NCBI GenBank assembly: GCA_025594325.1
Contig: JANHCV010000009.1
Span: 62,001 to 126,000 of the forward strand
Direction: 5' to 3'
DNA length: 64,000 nt
Source of the DNA: Blastocladiella emersonii ATCC 22665
Lineage: Eukaryota > Fungi > Blastocladiomycota
The notes below the pieces were generated by a model. That model was not told the origin of the DNA. It did not search any database and worked only from the letters and a program-made list of their open reading frames with translations. The translations under genes were made by a program, and so were the position numbers. Every line of letters begins with the position of its first letter. Position 1 is the stretch's first letter. Below, in pieces: positions 32,287-44,397 of this stretch.

Positions 32287-33323
32287 ATGGCGAACCCGTT
32301 CGGCAGCGGCCTCGACACGTCGTTCCTGCAGCAGTCGGCGCCGTCGCTGGCCGCCGGCGGCGCGCGCGCGGCCAAGGCGCCCATGTCCACGGCCGCCGCC
32401 AACCCGGCCAACGCCGCCCTCGCCGGCATCAATATCCCCGGGCTCTCGGGCATGCCCGGCCTCGAGAACGTGTCTGCCCTGATTGGTGGCGCCGCTGGCG
32501 ACGAGGCCGCCGAGGGCAGCTCGAGCGCGGGCGCGGCTGCGGGCGAGGCCGAGACGGCCGCCGAGGATGAGGTCGACCGCACGATTCACCCGTCCGGAAT
32601 CGTGCCGATTTTGCAGTACGTTTACTGTCGAGGCGGGAGGGGTTTTGGCGGATGCTGATGCGTTCCCGTCGTCGTCGAAAGGAACATTGTCGCGACCGTC
32701 AACCTCGACTGCAAGCTCGACCTCAAGAACATTGCCCTACACGCGCGCAACGCCGAGTACAACCCCAAGGTGCCGCTCCTCGCACTTCCACGCTGCATCC
32801 CGGCCACGCTGACATCCCCCCCCCCCCATCGTCTAGCGCTTCGCCGCCGTCATCATGCGCATCCGCGAGCCCAAGACCACGGCGCTCATCTTCGCGTCGG
32901 GTAAGATGGTCGTGACGGGCGCCAAGTCCGAGGACCTGTCGCGGCTCGCCGCGCGCAAGTACGCGCGCATCATCCAGAAGCTCGGGTTCCGCGCCAAGTT
33001 CTCCGAGTTCAAGATCCAGAACATTGTCGGGTCGTGCGACGTCAAGTTCCCGATCCGCCTCGAGGGCCTCGCGCTCGCTCACGGACAGTTCTGCAGTGTA
33101 CGTCTGGGGGGGATGTCGCTTGTGTTGGCAGGTCGCTGACTCGCACCTGTAGTACGAGCCCGAGCTGTTCCCCGGCCTCATCTACCGCATGGTCTCGCCC
33201 AAGATCGTGCTCCTCATCTTCGTCTCGGGCAAGATCGTGCTGACGGGCGCCAAGGTCCGCGAGGAGATCTACACGGCCTTTGAGCGCATCTACCCGGTGC
33301 TCAACGAGTACAAGAAGGCCTAA
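32287..33323 (+). CDS. TBP: TATA-binding protein; exons 32287-32615, 32682-32769, 32837-33097, 33153-33323
   Basis: [24 protein letters not shown]...[37 protein letters not shown]...[13 protein letters not shown]. Confidence 0.98.
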
Positions 33324-33432
33324 CTGGCGCCGCGTCACTCATCATGTCTGTATATACTTGTTTAACACCATTCAGTGGGCAAAAAGTGTATGTGGAGAGG
33401 GAGAGGAAAATATGTACAACTGTCGTCGGCTT

Positions 33433-36400
33433 CTACAGGTGCTGCGTGAGCCACCACAAGTACTGCGTCTCAAAGTGTTCTACACGCTGCTCGTTAGCTC
33501 CACATCCATCACGGCGGAGAAGAACGCGTACCAATCGACGGCGCCTGGCGCAGCCCGTGCCGCTCGCTCGGGTACACCTGCAGCGCGTGCGGGACCCCGT
33601 GCCGGACCAGCGCATCGACCAGCGGCTGTGTGTGCCGCGCCAGGTGCACGTTGTCGTCGAGCTGACCGTGTACCAGGAACAGCCGGTTGGGTCTACACGG
33701 TCAGTCAGTCGAAGTACGAGGCTGCGAGGAGGAGGGCGAAGACGTACTCTTTCGGCAGCCGCGGCACGTACGTCAACACGCTGCTCGCCGTGTACGCGGC
33801 CGCGTTGGCGTGCGGGTCGCCCAGGAACCGTTCCGCGTACGCCGAGTCGTACTGCGTCCAGCACTACTCCCATGCGCGCGCGACGTCAGCTTCTCAACAC
33901 CCTTCACCCGCCGTCGACCCCGAAAGACGTACCGTGACCGGCGCCCCCGCGACCGCGACGCGGAACACGTCCGGGTACTTGGCGAGCGCCATGAGCGCGA
34001 CGAACCCGCCGAAACTCCACCCGGTGATGGCCACGCGCGCCGGGTCCAGCGGCACGCCCTGCGCGAACAGGTACCGCAGCGCAGCCACCTGGTCCGCGAG
34101 CTCGCCGTCGCCTAGCGCCGTGGTCACCGTCGTCGTGTTGGCGGCGGGCAATGGGGCGGGGTCGTTGGAACGAGTGCCGCGGCCGCGCGACTGCGACCGC
34201 GTGCGCGCGCGGAGCGCCGTGTGGCGGCCGCCCACCCGCTCCTCGGTGGCGGCGGGAACGGTTTGAAGCGCGCGCGGGCCGGCCGCGCCGGAGCTACTTG
34301 TGTCCGAGACCACAGCGGCCGCCGCGGCGCCGTCTTCGCCCGCACTCGTGCCGGACACCGTGGCGGCAACGACCATAGGCGCGTCGGGCCTAGCAATCGC
34401 CGCCTCGAACTCGGCGCCGAGCTGCGGATGCGCCGCGCCGCGCCCGTCGACCATGACGACAGCGAACCCGAGCTCGAGCAGCGCGAGTGCGCGGACGACA
34501 GCGCCGCCCGCGCGGCCGGCGTACCAGTCGGCGTGGACCGATGCGACGTCGGGTCCCGCGTACGCGATGACGACCGTCGGGAGCGGTGTTTCGGACGACG
34601 TCGTGGTCGTCGGCAGCCACAGGAACCCCTGCACGGGGAGCCCCGACGCGGGCGACGTCAGGTGGAAGTGCTGCGGGCGGACGAGCGAGAGCGTCGCGGG
34701 GACGGATCCCGAACAATGGTCGAGGAGGCCGCGCGGCGGGTCGTCGGCAGCGCCCACGAGCGCGGCGGCGATCCGGCCGGCCGCCGCGTCGCGCGTCGGG
34801 AGGAGCGAGGTGCCGACGACGACGGGCGGGTGGCGCAGGTGGCTCAGCGTCACCACGGCCGCGGTCCCGCACCCCGAAAGCACCGCGCGCGCGTCCCAGC
34901 CGTCGGGCGTCCACGCGTGCACCGTGCCCGGGGAGGTGAGATCGACGGAGCAAAGGCACGTCTCGAAGAGCGGTGACGCCGGGCCGACGCGCCGCCGTGC
35001 GTGGAAGAAGACGGTCCCGGTTTCGTGGTGGACGGCGAGCGGGTCCCATCGCGACACGGCGAAAGATGGGCCGTGCGTCAGGCGCGTCGGCGGAGGGCGT
35101 GGCGCGGGCGAGCCCGGGACCGCGGTCGCGTGGTACAGCTCCATGAAGCCGGCACGCTCAGACGCGATGACGAGCGCGAGCGAGGCGTCGGGCGTCGGGA
35201 CGAAGGCGATGAGCGAGTGGATCTGTTCTGAGTCGCGTCAGTGGGGGCGGTCGCCGTGTGCGAGCAATGTAGAGACGTACGGGAATCCATTTCGTGGCCG
35301 ACTCTTCCTCCCACACGACAGTGAGCGCAGCATTCGTCCCCGCGAGGTGCAGGGCGACGACAGCCATACGTCGCTGGTTGCGTGACAGGACCTGGACCCA
35401 CGCGGTATCGTCGTCGATCCACCCGGCGCGGGTGAGGTACTCGCGCCACGGCGCGACCTGGTCGAGCATCGCGTCGACGTCCGCCAGCGCGGTCGCGGTG
35501 CGCGAGGGGACGTGGCACAGGTGCAGCGAGGTTGTCGGGTTCGGCAGCCCGGCGCGCGGGTACCGCACGTGCACGTCGTTGGCAATGGCAAAGAGCGGGA
35601 CGTGTGTGTCGTCGACGGCAGTGAAGAGCACGCGGCGCGCGGTCAGCGACGGCCAGTAGCCGGTATGGCGCGCGAACTCCTCCTGCGCGTTGTAGTCGGG
35701 CAGCGCGACGGGGCGCGACGCGAAGGTCAGCTGCGCGGGTTCGGGGACGGGTAAGCGCGGGGGTGGTGGGGACGGTGGTTGCGGAGAGGGGGAACTCGAG
35801 TCCGAGGTCGGGGAGGGCAGCGGGTCGGAGGGCGCCGAGGAGGTGAGACTCGAGGGCAAGCGGAGCCAGGACGTCCATCCCGAGGGCGCGGGGTCAGCGT
35901 CCGCCGAGGCCCGCGTGGCCGGCGAGGGCGGCGTGACGTCGAGCTCGAGCAGGTGCAGCTGGCCGTGCGAGCACGCGTCGAGGTAGAAACACGCAAGACG
36001 CGGGCGGCCAGTGGCGGGGTCGACGGCGCGCACGATCTGCGGGTCGTAGATGCCCATGAGGTGGACCTGGGCAAGGCAGTGGGCGTGCGCGGTCGGATCG
36101 GCGGGGTCGACGTGGGCGACGAACAGCGTGGAGCGCACGACGAACACGACGAGCAGGGCTGCTGCGTCGTGGGCCGAGACGTGCAGCAGATCGATGGTGC
36201 ACTGGTGCAGGCTGCGGCGCTGGCGCTCGAGGCCCGAGCGGCGCCAGGCGGCGGCGAGCGGCGAGACGGGGGCGAACCGGGCGCGGCGCAGGCGCGCGGC
36301 CCACTCGTGGCCGAGCAGCAAAGGGCGCGGCTCGGCAATCGTATCGTCGGTGCGCGCGAGCCACAGCTGCTGGTCGACGCCCGAGTCGGCGAGCGGGCGG

Positions 36401-36768
36401 CGCGGGGAGACGTAGACGAGCGGTGGCGGGTTGGAGGTTCCACTAGTGGCGGCGGACGAGGCAAAGTGGACCGAGTGGACGGCGGGCAGCGCGGCGAGCT
36501 CGGCGTAGACGGTGGAGCGCAGCTTGCGCAGGTGGGCGGCGAGGTCGAGCCATGACGGGCCCGAGCGCGACGACGGGAGCGGTGGCTTCGTGGGCGTCGT
36601 GGCAGCGGCAGCAGGGTGCTTGGCCGAAGGTGCGGGTGCGGCCGCAGCAGTGCCAGCGGTACGGGGCGTGGGTGCCGAGGCCGGTCGCATCGTTGCCGAC
36701 GCCGCTGGCGGGTGCGGTGGCGCTGCGGCGCTGGGCCCGTTTGGAGCAGCAGCGGCGGCGCCCAGCAT
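33433..36768 (-). CDS. DPP8/DPP9-like cytosolic dipeptidyl peptidase (S9B); exons 36768-35281, 35222-33933, 33863-33748, 33692-about 33532, about 33470-33433
   Basis: Propeller motifs QEEFARHTGYW, VRYPRAGLPNP, EYLTRAGW; catalytic GWSFGG, HGQLDDNVH and ERHG; DPP9-like end EHFETQYLWWLTQHL*; no signal anchor. Confidence 0.85.
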
Positions 36769-37369
36769 GGTCGTGCCAGTATGCGGGCAGGTGTGTTGAT
36801 ACGTTGCAATGTTGGCGGTTGGGGGAGCGCGAGCGGGGGGAAGGGGCGAAGCGGGCGAAAAAGAACGGCGATCGCGTTGCGCCAGGCACGTGGGCCCGGG
36901 AGCGGTGATGGGGGTGATTGGCGTGGCACGCGGCCGTGACGACGACGCGGGTTTCAGCGCACGTGGTTGGCGCGGGAGAGGTTTTGGGCGGGCGAAACTC
37001 TTTTCGGTGCGAGGCGTGTGTGTTCGACGCGCGTGCGGCACACGGCGCCACGATCGAGTCGCCACGCCGCCGTGCTGCCCGTGCTGCTGCCCCGCCCGCC
37101 CGCCCGCCCTCTCCTCGCCCACGCGACGCTCATCCGCCGCCGACGCGCCTAACTGCCCGCAGCACCGCCCCGCTCGCTGCAGTCGCCCCGCACGCTCTGC
37201 CCGTCGCCGCCGCCGCCACCGCCACGCGCGTGTCGCCCGCCCATCCCTGCGCCGCGCACCACCGCGACCCGACCTCGTTGCGCGCGCCGCGCCCTCTGCC
37301 TCTTCGCTGCTTCACGCACCCTCGACTCGCCCGCCCTCCTGACCGCCACCACCAGGATCGACCTCCACC

Positions 37370-40300
37370 ATGGCTGAGCGGCTGCCCATCTCCTTCCAGG
37401 AGCATGTCCAGGTACGACGCGTCGCGCGTGCCGCGTCCATGATCCGATCCGCTCATATCTTGCGGAATGTAGCTCCCCGCCCTGGGCATCAACCCGGCCT
37501 CCATCGGCTTCAACACCCTGACCATGGAGTCGGACAAGTTCATCTGCGTCCGCGAGTCGGTCGCCGACGTCAACCAGGTCGTCATTGTCGACCTCTCGGA
37601 CACGGGCAACGTGATGCGCCGCCCCATCACGGCCGACTCGGCCATCATGCACCCGTCGACCAAGGTGATTGCCCTCAAGGGTACTGCTACTTGTTTCTGC
37701 TCGAGCGTGCCTCGTCCCCCACTCACTTCTCCCCCAATCTAGCCGGCCGCCAGCTCCAGGTCTTCAACCTCGAGGCCAAGGCCAAGGTCTCGGCCACCAC
37801 CACCGCCGACGACGTCGTCTTCTGGAAGTGGATCTCGCCCACCAAGCTCGGCCTCGTCACCGACACGGCCGTCTACCACTGGGCCGTCGACGTGGCCGAC
37901 CAGGCCCCCGTCAAGATCTTTGACCGCCACCCCTCGCTCGCCGGCGCCCAGATCATCAACTACAAGACCAACGCCGCCGGAAACTGGATGTTCCTCGCCG
38001 GCATCTCGGCCCAGCAGGGCCGCGTCGTCGGCAACATCCAGCTCCACAATGCCGACCGCGGCGTCTCGCAGGCCATCGAGGGCCACGCCGCCGCCTTTGC
38101 CGAGATCCGCATCGACGGCGCGCCCAACCCGACCCAGCTCTTCTCCTTCGCCGTGCGCAACCCCGCCGGCCTCGCCAAGCTGCACATCATCGAGATAGAC
38201 AAAAAGGACGCCAACCCCGCCTACGCCAAGAAGGCCGTCGACGTCTTCTTCCCGCCCGAGGCCGTGTCCGACTTCCCCGTCGCCATGCAGGTCTCGCCCC
38301 GCTACGGCGTCGTCTTCCTCGTCACCAAGTTCGGCTTCATCCACCTCTACGACCTCGAGTCGGGCGCCTGCATCTACATGAACCGCATCTCGGGCGAGAC
38401 CGTCTTCGTCACCGCCGAGTACGAGGCGACCGCCGGCATCATCGGCGTCAACCGCAAGGGCCAGGTCCTGTCCGTGTCGGTCGACGAGAACAACCTCGTC
38501 CCCTTTGTCCTCACCAACCTCAACAACCCGGACCTCGCCCTGCGCCTCGCCTCGCGCGGCAACCTCCCCGGCGCCGACGACCTCTACCTCACCAAGTTCC
38601 AGCAGCTCTTCGCCATGGGCAACTACCTCGAGGCCGCCAAGGTCGCCGCCAACTCGCCCCGCGGCATCCTGCGCACGCCCCAGGTCCTCGAGCAGCTCCG
38701 CCAGGCGCCCGGCGCCCCCGGCCAGGTCTCGCCCATGCTCCAGTATTTCGGCGTGCTCCTCGAGAAGGGCGACCTCAACAAGATGGAGACGCTCGAGCTC
38801 GCGCGCCCGATCCTGCTCCAGGGCCGCAAGCAGCTGCTGGAAAAGTGGCTCAAGGAGGACAAGCTCGCGTGCTCCGAGGAGCTCGGCGACGTGGTCAAGC
38901 AGTACGACGTGCAGCTCGCCCTGTCCGTGTACCTGCGCGCCAACGTGCCGCACAAGGTCATCCAGTGCTTTGCCGAGACGGGCCAGTTCGACAAGATCGT
39001 GCTGTACGCCGAGAAGGTCGGCCACACCCCCGACTACCTGTTCCTGCTCCAGTCGATCATGCGCCTCAGCCCCGACAAGGGCGCCGAGTTTGCGACGCGC
39101 CTAGTGCAGTCGGACCCGCCGCTCCTCTCCATCGAGCAGATCACGGACGTGTTCCTCTCGGTCAACATGATCCAGCAGGCTACGGCCTTCCTCCTCGACG
39201 TGCTCAAGGGCGACCGCCAGGACCAGGGCCACCTCCAGACCCGCGTGCTCGAGATGAACCTGATGCACGCGCCGCAGGTCGCCGACGCGATCCTCGGGTC
39301 GGCCATGTTCCACCACTACGACAAGGCGCACATTGCCCAGCTGTGCGAGAAGGCGGGCCTGTTCCAGCGCGCGCTCGAGCACTACACGGACATCTACGAC
39401 ATCAAGCGCACCATCGTGCACACGCACCTGCTCAACCCCGAGTGGGTCGTGACCTTCTTCGGCCGGCTCTCGGTCGAGCAGTCGCTCGAGTGCCTGCGCG
39501 AGATGCTGTCGACCAACCTGCGCCAGAACCTGCAGATCTGCGTCCAGATCGCCATCAAGTACTCTGAGCAGCTCGGCCCCGCCAACCTCATCGGCATCTT
39601 CGAGCAGTTCAAGACCAACGAGGGACTCTACTACTACCTCGGCGCGACCGTCACCTTCTCGACCGACCCCGAGGTGCACTTCAAGTACATCCAGGCGGCG
39701 TGCCGCGCCGGCCAGATGAAAGCGGTCGAGGCCATCTGCCGCGAGTCCAACTACTACGACGCCGAGAAGGTCAAGAACTTCCTCAAGGAGGCCAAGCTCG
39801 CCGACCAGCTCCCGCTCATCATCGTGTGCGACCGGTTCGACTTCGTGCACGACCTCGTGCTCTACCTGTACAAGAACAACCAGTTCAAGTACATTGAGAT
39901 CTACGTGCAGAAGGTCAACCCGTCGCGCACGCCCGCGGTCCTCGGCGCCCTGCTCGATGTCGACTGCGAGGAGGCCACCATCAAGTCGCTGCTCGCGTCG
40001 GTGCAGCGGTCGCCCGCGATCGGCGTCGACGCGCTCGTGGCCGAGGTCGAGAAGCGCAACCGGCTCAAGCTCCTCCTCCCGTGGCTCGAGCTCAAGGTCA
40101 AGGAGGGCACCGCCGACACGGCCGTGTTCAACGCGCTGGCCAAGATCTACATTGACACCAACAACAACGCCGAGGCGTTCCTGCGCGAGAACAAGCAGTA
40201 CGACCCGCGCATCGTCGGCAAGTACTGCGAGAAGCGCGACCCGCACCTCGCCTTTGTCGCGTACCAGCAGGGCCAGTGCGACGTGGAGCTCATCAACATC

Positions 40301-42577
40301 ACCAACCAGGAGTCCATGTTCAAGCACCAGGCGCGGTACCTCGTCAAGCGCCGCGACAAGGCGCTGTGGGCCATGGTGCTCACGGAGCAGAACCAGTTCC
40401 GCCGCGCCGTCATTGACCAGGTCGTGGCCACGGCGCTGCCCGAGACCCAGGACCCCGAGGACGTGTCGTCGACGGTCAAGGCGTTCATGGAGGCGCAGCT
40501 GCCCAACGAGCTCATGGAGTTGCTCGAGAAGATCGTGCTCGAGAACTCGGCCTTCAACGACAACCGCAACCTCCAGAACCTGCTCATCCTGACGGCGGTC
40601 CAGGCCAACAAGTCCAAGGTCATGGAGTACATTGACCGCCTCAACAACTACGACGCGCCGCAGATTGCCGAGATCGCGCTCACGGGCGAGCTGTACGAGG
40701 AGGCCTTCGTCATCTACAAGAAGTACGCGGTCCACGACAAGGCCGTGGCGGTGCTCGTCGAGCACATGCAGGCGCTCGACCGCGCCGAGGAGTACGCGGA
40801 GCGCGTCGACCAGGCCGACGTGTGGTCGATTGTCGCGGGCGCGCAGCTCAACGACCTGCGCGTCAAGGAGGCGATCCAGTCGTACATCCGCGCCGACGAC
40901 CACGCCAACTGGGTGCAGGTCATCTCGATCGCGTCGCGCGCCGGCAAGTTCGACGACCTGATCGCGTACCTCAACATGGCGCGCAAGAAGGTGCGCGAGG
41001 CCATGGTCGAGTCGGAGCTCCTGTACTGCTACGCCAAGACCAACCGCCTCCCCGAGCTCGAGGAGTTCATCCACCAGCCCAACACCATTGCCCAGGTGTC
41101 GGTGGTCGGCGAGCGGTGCTACAACGACCAGCTGCACGAGGCGGCCAAGATCCTGTTCACGTCGGTCTCCAACTGGGCGCGGCTCGCGTCGACGCTCGTG
41201 CACCTGCGCGAGTACCAGAACGCGGTCGAGTGCGCGCGCAAGGCCAACAGCACCAAGGTGTGGCGCGAGGTGCACGGGGTGTGCGTCGAGCAGGAGGAGT
41301 TCAAGCTGGCGCAGATCTGCGGGCTCAACCTGGTGGTGCACGCCGAGGAGCTCGACGACGTGGTCAAGCTGTACGAGCGGCTCGGGTTCTTTGACCAGGT
41401 GATGGCGCTGCTCGAGGCGTCGCTCAACCTGGAGCGCGCGCACATGGGCATGTTCACGGAGCTCGCGGTGCTGTACACCAAGCACCGCCCCGACAAGCTC
41501 GGCGAGCACCTCAAGCTGTACTGGCAGCGCATCAACATCCCCAAGGCGATCCGCGCGTGCGAGACGGCCCACCTGTGGTCGTCGCTCGTGTTCCTGTACA
41601 CGCACTACGACGAGCACGACAATGCCGCGCTCACCATGATGGCGCACTCGGCCGCCGCGTGGGAGCACGCCCAGTTCAAGGAGGTGGTCGCCAAGGTGTC
41701 GAACCTCGAGATCTATTACAAGGCGCTCCGGTTCTACCTCGACGAGCACCCGATGCAGATCAACGACTTGCTGGCCGCGCTCACGCCGCGCATCGACCAC
41801 ACGCGCGTCGTCCAGATGATGCTCAAGTCGGACAACGTGCCGCTCATCAAGCCGTACCTCGTCTCGGTGCTGTCGACCAACAACGCGGCCGTCAACCAGG
41901 CGTACCACGACCTGCTCATCGAGGAGGAGGACTTTGTCGCGCTCCGCGACGCGGTCAACGCGCACGACAATTTCGACGTGCTCGCCCTCGCGCAGCGGCT
42001 CGCCAAGCACGAGCTGCTCGAGTTCCGCCGCATCGCGTCGCACCTGTACATGAAGAACAAGCGGTGGAAGCAGGCCATTGCGCTGTCCAAGCAGGACGGC
42101 CTGTACAAGGACGCCATGGAGACGGCGGCCGAGTCGCGCGACCCGACGGTCGCCGAGGAGCTGCTCGACTACTTCATCGTGCAGCGCAAGAAGGAGTGTT
42201 TCGCGGCGCTCCTGTTCACGTGCTACGACCTGGTGCGGCCCGACGTGGTGCTCGAGCTCGCGTGGCGCAACGGGTGGATCGACGCGGCCATGCCGTACCT
42301 GATCCAGGCGTTCCGCGAGTACACGGGCAAGGTCGACGTGCTCGACAAGGCCAACGCGCAGCGCACGCAGAAGGAGGAGGAGAAGGAGAAGCAGGAGATG
42401 GCGGTCCCGATTCTCGGGCCCGGCGGCGTCGGCGGTGGGCACATGCCCCTCATGATCACGGCCGGCCCCATGGTCGGCGTCCAGCCCACGGGCATGCCCG
42501 CCGGTATGCCGCCCATGGGCATGCAGCCCACCGGGTACATGGGGATGCAGCAGACGGGCGCGCCCGGGTTCTACTGA
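37370..42577 (+). CDS. CHC1: Clathrin heavy chain; exons 37370-37411, 37473-37680, 37743-42577
   Basis: [11 protein letters not shown]...[25 protein letters not shown], and CHCR repeats through to [12 protein letters not shown]. Confidence 0.99.
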   Translation: MAERLPISFQEHVQVRRVARAASMIRSAHILRNVAPRPGHQPGLHRLQHPDHGVGQVHLRPRVGRRRQPGRHCRPLGHGQRDAPPHHGRLGHHAPVDQGDCPQGYCYLFLLERASSPTHFSPNLAGRQLQVFNLEAKAKVSATTTADDVVFWKWISPTKLGLVTDTAVYHWAVDVADQAPVKIFDRHPSLAGAQIINYKTNAAGNWMFLAGISAQQGRVVGNIQLHNADRGVSQAIEGHAAAFAEIRIDGAPNPTQLFSFAVRNPAGLAKLHIIEIDKKDANPAYAKKAVDVFFPPEAVSDFPVAMQVSPRYGVVFLVTKFGFIHLYDLESGACIYMNRISGETVFVTAEYEATAGIIGVNRKGQVLSVSVDENNLVPFVLTNLNNPDLALRLASRGNLPGADDLYLTKFQQLFAMGNYLEAAKVAANSPRGILRTPQVLEQLRQAPGAPGQVSPMLQYFGVLLEKGDLNKMETLELARPILLQGRKQLLEKWLKEDKLACSEELGDVVKQYDVQLALSVYLRANVPHKVIQCFAETGQFDKIVLYAEKVGHTPDYLFLLQSIMRLSPDKGAEFATRLVQSDPPLLSIEQITDVFLSVNMIQQATAFLLDVLKGDRQDQGHLQTRVLEMNLMHAPQVADAILGSAMFHHYDKAHIAQLCEKAGLFQRALEHYTDIYDIKRTIVHTHLLNPEWVVTFFGRLSVEQSLECLREMLSTNLRQNLQICVQIAIKYSEQLGPANLIGIFEQFKTNEGLYYYLGATVTFSTDPEVHFKYIQAACRAGQMKAVEAICRESNYYDAEKVKNFLKEAKLADQLPLIIVCDRFDFVHDLVLYLYKNNQFKYIEIYVQKVNPSRTPAVLGALLDVDCEEATIKSLLASVQRSPAIGVDALVAEVEKRNRLKLLLPWLELKVKEGTADTAVFNALAKIYIDTNNNAEAFLRENKQYDPRIVGKYCEKRDPHLAFVAYQQGQCDVELINITNQESMFKHQARYLVKRRDKALWAMVLTEQNQFRRAVIDQVVATALPETQDPEDVSSTVKAFMEAQLPNELMELLEKIVLENSAFNDNRNLQNLLILTAVQANKSKVMEYIDRLNNYDAPQIAEIALTGELYEEAFVIYKKYAVHDKAVAVLVEHMQALDRAEEYAERVDQADVWSIVAGAQLNDLRVKEAIQSYIRADDHANWVQVISIASRAGKFDDLIAYLNMARKKVREAMVESELLYCYAKTNRLPELEEFIHQPNTIAQVSVVGERCYNDQLHEAAKILFTSVSNWARLASTLVHLREYQNAVECARKANSTKVWREVHGVCVEQEEFKLAQICGLNLVVHAEELDDVVKLYERLGFFDQVMALLEASLNLERAHMGMFTELAVLYTKHRPDKLGEHLKLYWQRINIPKAIRACETAHLWSSLVFLYTHYDEHDNAALTMMAHSAAAWEHAQFKEVVAKVSNLEIYYKALRFYLDEHPMQINDLLAALTPRIDHTRVVQMMLKSDNVPLIKPYLVSVLSTNNAAVNQAYHDLLIEEEDFVALRDAVNAHDNFDVLALAQRLAKHELLEFRRIASHLYMKNKRWKQAIALSKQDGLYKDAMETAAESRDPTVAEELLDYFIVQRKKECFAALLFTCYDLVRPDVVLELAWRNGWIDAAMPYLIQAFREYTGKVDVLDKANAQRTQKEEEKEKQEMAVPILGPGGVGGGHMPLMITAGPMVGVQPTGMPAGMPPMGMQPTGYMGMQQTGAPGFY

Positions 42578-43284
42578 GCCCGACCGTCGTCGTCGCCGTC
42601 GCCGTCGTCGTTCGCGTCCGCGCGGTGCGCGGGTGGCCGGCCGCTCCCCCAGTTGACTGATTCGATTGTCTCGCAGTACATTTGACTTTTGTTATTCATC
42701 TCCTCTGCTTTCGTGTCTCTCTTGTGCTCTGCTCTTCAGTGACCATATGAGCCGACGCGTCGCGGCGTCGGCTCGTGAGGAGCGTCGAATCATCGTCTCT
42801 CCTGCCCGCTGACGTGACGGCGAGCGACGAAAAGCCTCGTTGTTGCATAAGCGCTCGCGGGCCATCGCGAACCTCGTGTTCCTTGCGCGGCGAAAGTCGA
42901 GCGGCCGCTGAGCGTGAGTCAGGGCGGTCATCGCCGACGCGACACGCACGCACGACCCTGAGAACTCGCATATGGGTCGCTTAAGTGCCGAGTCCGCGGC
43001 GCGCTAACAGTGGATCTACGGTATAGTGGAGAGGAGATACGCGACAGCGGCGGTGAAGCGAAGGCGGTGGTCGCGGCGGCCAAGGTCGTGGCCATCCGCG
43101 ACTACGATCTCAACTGTTTCCGCTGCACGCACGAAGACGGGCGGATTGTCCGGGCTCGCAGACGCGTGTAGCGTGATGCGTAGGCGCTGGCGCTGTTCGG
43201 CGGGTCCAAGAGCGGGTTTCATGGTCAGTGCGCATGAATACCGACGCGATCGCGTCCACGTAGGCCTGTTAAAGACAGCAAACG

Positions 43285-44048
43285 GGCTCGACCTGACGCA
43301 GCGCTTCGATATGGCGTGCAGCGGCGCGCCCGCGCGGCACCGGCTGCCGGACATACCGGCCGCGCTGGCCGACGCGATGGTGGGTTTCTCGCCTGCCGGC
43401 GCCGCGGTGCGTCTCGCGGCGGGCAACGCGTGGAACTCGAGCAGCAATTCTTTGCGTACGTCTCCGCCGGATCTGGCGCGTGCTGTCCAAGGCCGAGCTC
43501 GACAAGCCGACCAACGAGCGCATACTTGGCTCAATACTGAGGCGACCGTCAACATGGCCACCGCCGTGACGGCGGCCGCGCAGCGCGCTCCGCTCGCGGG
43601 CGGGGCGACGGTGCGGGAGAACGGGATCGCGGCCGTTCGCAGGATTGCGGTCGGAGTATGCTGGCTCGCATATGCTGGCTTTGGGGCAGCTCGACACGGC
43701 GCTTGTGCGGGGTAGCCGTTGGGTAAGCGGATCGTTGAGCCGCCGTCGGCGCCATGGCCAGACGCGCACGAAGGCCACAGTTCAGCAGCCTCCACCATCG
43801 CACCGCTGTCGCTGACGTGGGCGACGTGGTTCGTGTAGATAGTGACGAACGCGGCTCGCGTGGGGTTTGCGTTGGGACCGACGGGCAACCCGCTTAGTGC
43901 TACTGCGGGTGATGAGAGCAGCAGTGACAGCAACGGCGGTGCTGCCGCCGTTATCTCGAACGTCGGCGGGCCGCAGACCTGGACCATTGCTTCCATCGTT
44001 GCTTCCGCCGTAACCCAGGGCACGATCAGCCTTGGTTGCTCGACCTGA
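43285..44048 (+). pseudogene. Internally deleted, decayed paralog of the downstream kelch-like membrane genes
   Basis: LDLTQRFDMA...RLPDIPAALADAMVGFSPAG matches LDLTTSFDTA...RLPDMPARLSLALAGFAPDG. APLSLTWATWFV*IVTN...AAAVISNVGGPQTWTIASIV matches APISVTWASQFDGIKTN...AAAVIVDNSGLQGWAIGAIV. Confidence 0.7.
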
Positions 44049-44397
44049 ACCGCCCGAGCGATTCCAGCGACGCGTCGGGATATCATGTGGATATCACGTG
44101 CTGATGAGCGGCGGTGATCAGCTCTTTCTGGGCGAGTCGAGCGGACGCTGAAGGTGCTGGAGCAAGCGTATGCGCCTTTTCGACTCAGCCATTGCCCAGG
44201 ATGGTACTTGCCGCGGTGGAGGTGACCCGAAAGCGCAAGATCAGATCGACGCGCGGTCGCCTGACGACAAGCCAATCGGAGCGCCGGCAAGCTTGCCTGA
44301 AACATCGAGGGCCGAGGGAAGCTGGTGGTGCCCTCGATTCGTTTCGCTCGCCGCGTCCCCACGCTCTCTCTCCCACGCATCCCATTCCACGTAGCAC

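Noticed and set aside
39101-42442. 1113-aa minus-strand ORF and many other long antisense or alternative-frame ORFs (for example 7344-8498, 9432-11051, 59482-61116)
   Set aside because: These are shadow frames of GC3-rich genes, low-complexity R/A/P/G/V/L with no domain signal.
42749-42774. Perfect 10-bp hairpin GAGCCGACGC-N6-GCGTCGGCTC downstream of CHC1
   Set aside because: About one such stem is expected by chance in 64 kb of GC-rich DNA, and there is no U-tract or other supporting context.
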